Source: Sphingomonadaceae bacterium (lineage in GTDB: Bacteria > Pseudomonadota > Alphaproteobacteria > Sphingomonadales > Sphingomonadaceae). Taken from it: a DNA stretch of 43,213 nt. Made by a program: the position numbers and the translations under genes. Within the stretch, counting starts at the first letter, position 1. Each line of letters starts with the position of its first letter. The stretch spans positions 1 to 43,213 of the forward strand of contig JAEMTM010000002.1 in the NCBI GenBank assembly GCA_016462305.1, given 5' to 3'. The notes beneath the pieces are model-generated. The model was not told where the DNA came from. It worked only from the letters and a program-made list of their open reading frames with translations, and searched no databases. Positions 37,152-43,213 of the stretch are shown here, piece by piece.

Positions 37152-37457
37152 TTATACCCCTGACAATTCGCCTTCGATCAATAGCACCTGACATTCGGCG
37201 AGGCCATCACGCAGCTTTTTAACTTCGGCATATTCGGGTGAGTTCCAAAAGCGCAAAGCCGCGTGCTTGTCAGGCCATTGAGAAATGACAACTGATGCGC
37301 CGCTTCCAAAGCCGCCTTCCAGCAATTCGGCACCGGGCGCACGAAGCACATATTTGCCGCCGAACCGGGCTACCAATTCAGCGGCTGCCTTACCATATCC
37401 GCCGACAAACGCGTCGCGGTCGGCTATTTTGGCGGCGATAATCATATAGGCAGGCAT
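37152..37457 (-). CDS. DUF1330-like protein (cytoplasmic)
   Basis: MPAYMI, FGGKY, LEG, FWNSPEYAEVKKLR. GGAG RBS before ATG 37457. Confidence 0.85.
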   Translation of the reverse strand: MPAYMIIAAKIADRDAFVGGYGKAAAELVARFGGKYVLRAPGAELLEGGFGSGASVVISQWPDKHAALRFWNSPEYAEVKKLRDGLAECQVLLIEGELSGV

Positions 37458-37522
37458 ATCAATTCTCCGGCTAAATTCGGATTGTTGCAAAATAGATACA
37501 GTGCGTATTCATCGCCAAACTA

Positions 37523-37543
37523 TGTTAAAATTTGTCTGGACAA
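37523..37543 (+). promoter_or_regulatory. Extended -10 (TGtTAAAAT, 37523-37531) directly followed by operator box 4 (TTGTCTGGACAA, 37532-37543)
   Basis: One-mismatch copy of the palindrome in the divergent region ahead of TBDR2. Confidence 0.75.
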
Positions 37544-37602
37544 CTTTTGCGTAAAATGGAAGCATGCTTTTCGAAGATCACGAATTTTCAGGGAGGTTGA
37601 TC

Positions 37603-40182
37603 GTGAAAAGCTTTTCCAAACCGTTTTTGTTGACCGCATGTTCGCTTATGCCTTTTGCGCTTGTCGTGCCATCCGCCGCCCATGCGCAGGACGCCGCTTC
37701 CGTAGCGGAAGAAGAACAGGGCGGAATCCCCGAAATCCTCGTCACCGCCCGCAAGGTCGAGGAATCGCTATCAGAAGCTCCCGTCGCGGTATCAGTGATT
37801 ACCGCAGATTCCATCGCGCAACAGGGGCTCAACTCGCTTGACGATTTCGCCAAGCAGGCCGTCGGCATCAGCTTCAGCCAGGCCTTTGGTCGTACTACGG
37901 ATCGTCCGGTAATCCGCGGCGCGTCCAACGTGTTGGCAGGTGTGCAGGCGGGCGTCGAAACTGGCGCTGCCTTCTTCATCGACGGAGTGTATTATCAAGG
38001 CGATATCCAAGGTTTCGACCCCTCATCCATCGAGCGGGTAGAAATAGTCAAAGGGCCGCAGTCTGCTCTTTACGGTCGCAACACTTATGCTGGGGCCATT
38101 AATTACATCACCAAGGACCCGTCGGAGGATATTAGCGTCAGCGGGCGGCTGCGTGCCGCCGAGCATAATGAATATGAAATCTCCGGTTCGGTCTCGGGGT
38201 CCCTGCTTGATAACATGCTCGGTGTCCGTGTCGGCGGGCGCTTTTTCAAATATGGCGGTGAATATCGCAACCAGTTGACCGGCAAGCGCGTCGGACAGGA
38301 AGAAACCAAGTCGGCTTATGCCACTTTGACTTTCAAGCCGTTCGAAGATTTCAAAATGCGATCACGGTTTAGCTGGCAGAAGGACGATGACGGCCCGCTG
38401 GCCCTTTTTTTGCAAGGTGCGGCGGACAATAACTGCAGTCCCGGTTTCCGGTCGGCGCGCTATCGTACAGGCTCACCGTTTGTGCCTTTATCGCCTGCGA
38501 CCTTGGTATCCACCAACACGAATCAGTTTTATTGCGGCGTTATCAAGCCGCAGCCGAATAATGTTCGGTTGAACACCGATCCGATGATGATCAACGCTAC
38601 ACTTGGCACGCGCGATGGTACTGCTTATGATGGCATCACCAATGAGCAGTTTTCGATGACCAATATCATCGACTGGGATCTCGGCGGTTCGGGCTGGATC
38701 TTGTCGAGCCTGACCGGCTGGCGTGATAACAAGAATTTCTTCGGTACCGATTCCGATCATAGCGATGCGTTTGTATATTTTGCAGGTTCCGCGGCAAGCA
38801 CGCTTGGCACCGAACCTGCATTTGCCAATACCAATCGCGATGACCAGCAGGACATCAGCCAGGAAATCCGCATTTCCAGCCCTACGGACAATCCGTTCCG
38901 CATTCTTGTCGGCGGCTATTATTTCCGGCAGGAGTTTCGTTCGCAGGACATTACCTTTGCCAGCGGCACTGCCGGGCTTGGCGTCGGGCTCGATAGTTCT
39001 GAACATAACACGATCGTCAACAATGCCGTTTTCGGCCTTGCCGAATATGACTTCAGCGATGCTTTATCTGTAACTGCAGAGCTGCGCTATGCCGAAGAAA
39101 CGAAAACGCAGATTTCGCGCGGCGTGGGCGGGGCATCCGTATTCTGTGCGGGTGAGGCCAGCCGCCTCTCGGCATTCGGTGCGACAGGTGCGGGCAATGT
39201 TTGTCGCCCCGCATCGAAATTCACCGGTCTCGATCCACGGATTGCGATTAATTATACCACTCCAGGCGGCATGCTGATCTATGGCGTGTATGCGACAGGA
39301 CGCAAACCAGGGGGCTTTAACGGTTCGGCTGGCGTTACCGCCACCTTGCAAACGGGTCAGAATTTTGTCGAATATTTGCCTGAAAAATCGAAGGGGGGCG
39401 AACTGGGCATCAAATTCGATGCACTAGACCGCACCTTGCGCGGTACGGTTGCCGGGTTCTACAACGAGCTGACCAATGTCCAGTTGACGCAGGCCATTCC
39501 CAATCCATCGGGCACTGGAGCGTTGACCTCCATTGTCGCCAATTCGGGCAATGCCACAACCAAAGGCCTTGAAATCGAATTGCAAGCTGCCCCCACCGAT
39601 GGCCTTTTGTTTACAATGGGTCTTGCCTATGTTTCAGCGAAGTTCACGAAGGGTTGCGATGCGGATTATTTTATCCTGAATTCGGGCGGTCTGCGGACCA
39701 ACTTTGATACGCGCAATCCCACCGCCGCGGGGCTGGCTTTATGCGATATTTCTGGCAAGACGCTGCCGCTGGGATCTCCCTATATCGTCAATGGCTCGGT
39801 AAATTATGAAACCGGACTTGGGTCGGGCGACGGCAAATTGTTCGGTATTGCCAACTTTTCATACGAGGATTCGAAGTATATCCAGACCGACAATCTGGCC
39901 AAAACCGGCGACACGTTTCTGCTTAACGCGCGGCTTGGCTTTAAGACTAAGAACTTCACCATTGCGCTGTTTGGACGTAACCTGACCGATGAGGACTCGA
40001 TTCCACTGGCGACCCGCTGGTTCGACTTGCGTTACGGTGCGGGGACTACGGGACTGCCACCTCCCGCTGGCGTGACCTTCGATGGCCGTCCGGCGCAGGT
40101 CGAAACGGGAAGCCCGCGTGCGTTCTTCGGCGCGTTGCGTAAGGGCCGGACCTTCGGTTTGGAAGGCACGTTCAATTTTTAA
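37603..40182 (+). CDS. TonB-dependent receptor 2
   Basis: GTG start after GGGAGG; signal ending AHA-Q; EILVTARK; VEIVKGPQSALYGRN; C-terminal Phe. Confidence 0.95.
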   Translation: MKSFSKPFLLTACSLMPFALVVPSAAHAQDAASVAEEEQGGIPEILVTARKVEESLSEAPVAVSVITADSIAQQGLNSLDDFAKQAVGISFSQAFGRTTDRPVIRGASNVLAGVQAGVETGAAFFIDGVYYQGDIQGFDPSSIERVEIVKGPQSALYGRNTYAGAINYITKDPSEDISVSGRLRAAEHNEYEISGSVSGSLLDNMLGVRVGGRFFKYGGEYRNQLTGKRVGQEETKSAYATLTFKPFEDFKMRSRFSWQKDDDGPLALFLQGAADNNCSPGFRSARYRTGSPFVPLSPATLVSTNTNQFYCGVIKPQPNNVRLNTDPMMINATLGTRDGTAYDGITNEQFSMTNIIDWDLGGSGWILSSLTGWRDNKNFFGTDSDHSDAFVYFAGSAASTLGTEPAFANTNRDDQQDISQEIRISSPTDNPFRILVGGYYFRQEFRSQDITFASGTAGLGVGLDSSEHNTIVNNAVFGLAEYDFSDALSVTAELRYAEETKTQISRGVGGASVFCAGEASRLSAFGATGAGNVCRPASKFTGLDPRIAINYTTPGGMLIYGVYATGRKPGGFNGSAGVTATLQTGQNFVEYLPEKSKGGELGIKFDALDRTLRGTVAGFYNELTNVQLTQAIPNPSGTGALTSIVANSGNATTKGLEIELQAAPTDGLLFTMGLAYVSAKFTKGCDADYFILNSGGLRTNFDTRNPTAAGLALCDISGKTLPLGSPYIVNGSVNYETGLGSGDGKLFGIANFSYEDSKYIQTDNLAKTGDTFLLNARLGFKTKNFTIALFGRNLTDEDSIPLATRWFDLRYGAGTTGLPPPAGVTFDGRPAQVETGSPRAFFGALRKGRTFGLEGTFNF

Positions 40183-40210
40183 GGCATAACAACGAGCAGG
40201 ATGGGCCATG

Positions 40211-40248
40211 TAAACAAGGGGCGTCGGCAAACCGGAGTCCTTTGTTTA
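40211..40248. terminator. Probable bidirectional intrinsic terminator between convergent genes
   Basis: TAAACAAGGGGC-GTCGG-CAAA-CCGGA-GTCCTTTGTTTA imperfect hairpin with A-rich and T-rich flanks. Confidence 0.65.
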
Positions 40249-41658
40249 TATGCGCTCGGCGACCAACCGCGCCACCCGGTCACCGGATTCGAGCGCGGCC
40301 TCCATGCCCGACGCAGACTGCGCCATATGCTCTCCGGCGAAATGCAGCCGCTGGCCCTCGGCACGGGTGGCGCGGGCCAGCAGGGCCGCCTGCCCGATGC
40401 CAATATGGTGATAGATGCCCCGTGCCATCGGGCTTTGCTGCCAGCTGAATAGCCGCTCCATCTTCAACTTTCCCTTGGCAGAGGGCCGCGCATTCTCGAT
40501 GCGGGCAATGATCTCGGTTGCGGCCAGCGCTGGATTGGTGCGGACCAGAAGGTCGGCACCTGCGCCGACGGCCCAGACTTTTAGCATTGCCGGATTGTCG
40601 CCCAGAACGAACACCCGTCCGATCAGCGGATCGTCGGTCCACAATGTTTCGGGAAGACCGTCCGATTTCCAGAAAGCCTCGCTCGCGGACAGATAGGCAA
40701 AGCTCGCGCGGGTGTAGGGTAATGATGCAATGAGCGTTGCGATTGCAGCATCGAGATAGCCATCAATCGGAATGTGGCGCAATGCGGAGAAAGGGATGGT
40801 GCAGATAGCGTGGCGCCCCCGGACGCTGTTCTTTGTTGTCCTGACGGTAACGCCATTTGCATCCTCGCTGATTCCTGTCACGAGTTGCCCCAGCCGGATC
40901 GGTGATTTGATCCGCGCCGCCATTGCTTCGGGCAGGCGCTGTGACCCGCCGTCTATTGTCGCGGTTGGCCCGGCCCCCGCGCGAAAAATTGCGGCAGTAC
41001 GCAGCGCGTGAAGTTGCGACATACTGGCCAGCGTATTGCCGTTCATATTTGCCTGAATCAGCCGCAGCGCCTCGTCGCTTGCACCTGCCTGACGGAGCGC
41101 GGTGGCATAGGAAATGTCTAGCGTAGGGTCAGCGTCCAGCCATGCCTCAGGATTGGCAAGGCGACGCAATTTGGTGCCATAAGAGAAGCCCAGCGCCGAC
41201 GGCAAAGTCGAACGCTCGTTGGCGGAAAGTCTGTTCGCCGCCGCCGTCGGCCAGTCTGCAGGCGTAACCGTTTGCCCGTTGATGTTGAACAAGGCAGAGC
41301 TAGACTCGGCAATTCCGGCCCCGGCTCCGCCTCTTTCGCTCAATCCTACTTTCAAATCATTCGCGATAGCACGCAGCAACCTGTAGCCCGTTCCGACTTG
41401 AATACCGCCAGCCTCGGGTTCACCCGGCAGGTCATAAAGCGTATGCAGCCGTCCGCCGACGCGCTTTTCGCCTTCGACGATGACGGTCTTTAGTCCAGCC
41501 GCTTCAAGTTTGTGCGCCGTTAACAATCCGGCCAACCCCGCGCCAATGATAACGACATCGACCTCGGTGCGCCCCCATGCGGCGCGCGGGGCGAAACCGG
41601 CGACCAAAGCCGCGCTCGTTCCCTGAAGAAAATGGCGGCGGTTGGTGGCAACGGTCAT
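40246..41658 (-). CDS. Tat-exported flavin-containing amine oxidoreductase (MAO/LAAO family)
   Basis: NRRHFL twin-arginine leader, IIGAGLAGL, RVGGR, EAGG, HFAGEH, GMEAALESG. Confidence 0.92.
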   Translation of the reverse strand: MTVATNRRHFLQGTSAALVAGFAPRAAWGRTEVDVVIIGAGLAGLLTAHKLEAAGLKTVIVEGEKRVGGRLHTLYDLPGEPEAGGIQVGTGYRLLRAIANDLKVGLSERGGAGAGIAESSSALFNINGQTVTPADWPTAAANRLSANERSTLPSALGFSYGTKLRRLANPEAWLDADPTLDISYATALRQAGASDEALRLIQANMNGNTLASMSQLHALRTAAIFRAGAGPTATIDGGSQRLPEAMAARIKSPIRLGQLVTGISEDANGVTVRTTKNSVRGRHAICTIPFSALRHIPIDGYLDAAIATLIASLPYTRASFAYLSASEAFWKSDGLPETLWTDDPLIGRVFVLGDNPAMLKVWAVGAGADLLVRTNPALAATEIIARIENARPSAKGKLKMERLFSWQQSPMARGIYHHIGIGQAALLARATRAEGQRLHFAGEHMAQSASGMEAALESGDRVARLVAERI

Positions 41659-41701
41659 CTGTAAAGGTTGCCATCAACTGCCGCGTTGATGCAAGCATAA
41701 T

Positions 41702-41713
41702 TTGTCCGGACAA
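41702..41713. promoter_or_regulatory. Operator box 5 (TTGTCCGGACAA) upstream of the amine oxidase
   Basis: Exact palindrome starting 44 bp upstream of the start codon. Confidence 0.82.
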
Positions 41714-41799
41714 AAATGGCGAACTTGATGCTTCACTGGGCCTTAGTGCATTATTAGGACACAGATATACGGTAGCTGCTGAACGACCATCATCTTTGG

Positions 41800-43152
41800 C
41801 TATTTTCTAAGGTGTTCGACGCCAAGCTCGGCCCAAATCCATGAAAAGTCATAGGTTGCCATCGGATCGGCGTCATTTGGTTGCTGACCGGACTGGTTTT
41901 CGATGTATTTGAGCCATTCGACCAGTTTCTTGCGACTCTTCGCGCTTTCGGCGGCTTCTCGCGGTGTCAGATTGTCGAGCATGCCTAAGGGTTGATTGAG
42001 TGTTTCGAAATAGTGCTCGTCCATCATATTGTGGATCAGTTCGGTTGCCTCTTGGGGGGATATGCCGGAATCGGGCGGCGGCCCTTGACGGTTGTGCGCG
42101 GCCTGTTCGATGGTTTCAATTTCCGTAAGTGGCTTGCCAACCGCTGTGCCCAGCAATTTGGTCAACGCGGCTGTGCCAGTCTTGGCGCGATTGGCGGAAT
42201 TGACCGAAAGGACAAGCGCGTTGCCCTTGATCTCGATATTACCGAAAACAGTACGGCCATCATCGGTGCTTGTGCTGAAGGCAAGTTTGCCAGGGCCGCT
42301 CGCCAAGGGAATTGTCTTTCCCGAAGGCTTCAGCCAGTTCCAAAAATATTCGTTCTCACGAGACATTTCGGGTTCGGTATCCAACAGGGCGGCAATGTCA
42401 TTGGCTGTCGTGCCTCGCTTGAGCGGAAACCGGACATTGTGGAACATCAGATCGTCGCCATCGCTATTCTGAATCACCGGCTTTTGCAGCCCCAGCGCTT
42501 TGGCAAGAATATCGAAAAGCCAAGCCGTTGTGAACAGAGGGGCAATGCTAGCCAATGTTTCATTATCGATGTTGATTGTGCCTGATTTCCGGCGCTTGCC
42601 TTCGGCGCTGCGTAGGCCATCTAGCAAGATATCGGCTGCCTCGGCTGTGAAGGGCAGAATGACACCCGACAGGATATGAGCTTTGCGTTCAGGCACGACC
42701 CGCGCAGCGATCCTGTCCCATTGTTTAAGAGTGCGTGATCCCGACTTTTCAGTCACCCGAACGGGCTCGCCGCCGCGCACCAAATCGCGAACGAGAAATC
42801 CTTCGCCAATGACAACATCGCTGACTTCATAAAGGCTCATCGCTGAATCGCGAAGCGCGCGAAGATAGACTTTGGTCAGCGCGGCTTCGTTCCAACCGCG
42901 ACGCTTGAGATAATCGTCTACCAGGTTCTCCCCGTCAGGCTCAAACCGGCGCGTCATCAGGTCTTCAAGGGCGCAGCCAAACAGGACCCCGGCATAATGC
43001 TCGCTGACAATCGCGCTAATTTCTTCAAATTCGAGGTCAAATTCCTCCATGGCCCCGCCGACATGATCGTCAAGAGCATCCTGCAAAGAATCACTCCAGT
43101 CATCGCGTGTTGCAAATTTGACGATGCGCGAGAGATCATGGCGGACTTTCAT
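41800..43152 (-). CDS. Hypothetical protein, probably outside the island; C-terminus weakly resembles Xre/MbcA/ParS-C (DUF2384)-type domains
   Basis: 450-aa ORF with GGAG RBS; 'PLGMLDNLTPREAA' segment. No operator box seen upstream. Confidence 0.7.
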   Translation of the reverse strand: MKVRHDLSRIVKFATRDDWSDSLQDALDDHVGGAMEEFDLEFEEISAIVSEHYAGVLFGCALEDLMTRRFEPDGENLVDDYLKRRGWNEAALTKVYLRALRDSAMSLYEVSDVVIGEGFLVRDLVRGGEPVRVTEKSGSRTLKQWDRIAARVVPERKAHILSGVILPFTAEAADILLDGLRSAEGKRRKSGTINIDNETLASIAPLFTTAWLFDILAKALGLQKPVIQNSDGDDLMFHNVRFPLKRGTTANDIAALLDTEPEMSRENEYFWNWLKPSGKTIPLASGPGKLAFSTSTDDGRTVFGNIEIKGNALVLSVNSANRAKTGTAALTKLLGTAVGKPLTEIETIEQAAHNRQGPPPDSGISPQEATELIHNMMDEHYFETLNQPLGMLDNLTPREAAESAKSRKKLVEWLKYIENQSGQQPNDADPMATYDFSWIWAELGVEHLRK

Positions 43153-43213
43153 AGCGTTTTCTCCGGATATGCCTTCTGTTCGGCGACAATACGCGATACG
43201 GTGGGTTGGCTGG

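Noticed and set aside
1-43213. CRISPR arrays, tRNA/rRNA, riboswitches, tandem repeats
   Set aside because: None seen by eye. Intergenic gaps are mostly under 150 bp and the only recurring element found is the dispersed operator. A covariance-model scan was not possible.

Overview
About 41 kb of this window (344-41658) is one compact, apparently co-regulated catabolic island of roughly 40 genes. The TonB-receptor-rich gene style suggests an alphaproteobacterium, probably a sphingomonad (inference). An IS630-family element end lies on the left and an unrelated hypothetical gene on the right. The island encodes two TonB-dependent receptors, an MFS permease, five exported proteins and many C-N hydrolases (three PuuE/NodB-type, a NicF-like isochorismatase, an amidase, an atypical nitrilase). 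It also encodes a LeuCD-like hydratase, two MmgE/PrpD proteins, three family-III CoA-transferases, a CoA ligase, an acyl-CoA dehydrogenase, MaoC and crotonase hydratases, and two C-C lyases. Uncharacterised families present are 2x DUF3598-like, DUF1838-like, 2x DUF1330-like and HapK/RedY-like. A 12-bp palindrome TTGTC(C/T)GGACAA occurs five times, each time in an intergenic promoter region, and is the likely operator of the resident GntR/HutC-type repressor. The enzyme set fits cyclic imide or N-heterocycle -> maleamate -> alkyl-maleate -> alkyl-malate(-CoA) -> C-C cleavage. My leading but unproven hypothesis is an undescribed pathway for bilin/tetrapyrrole-derived (pyrrole/maleimide) compounds. 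All family names come from motif recognition, not database searches. Several start codons were re-called from RBS, overlap and motif evidence.
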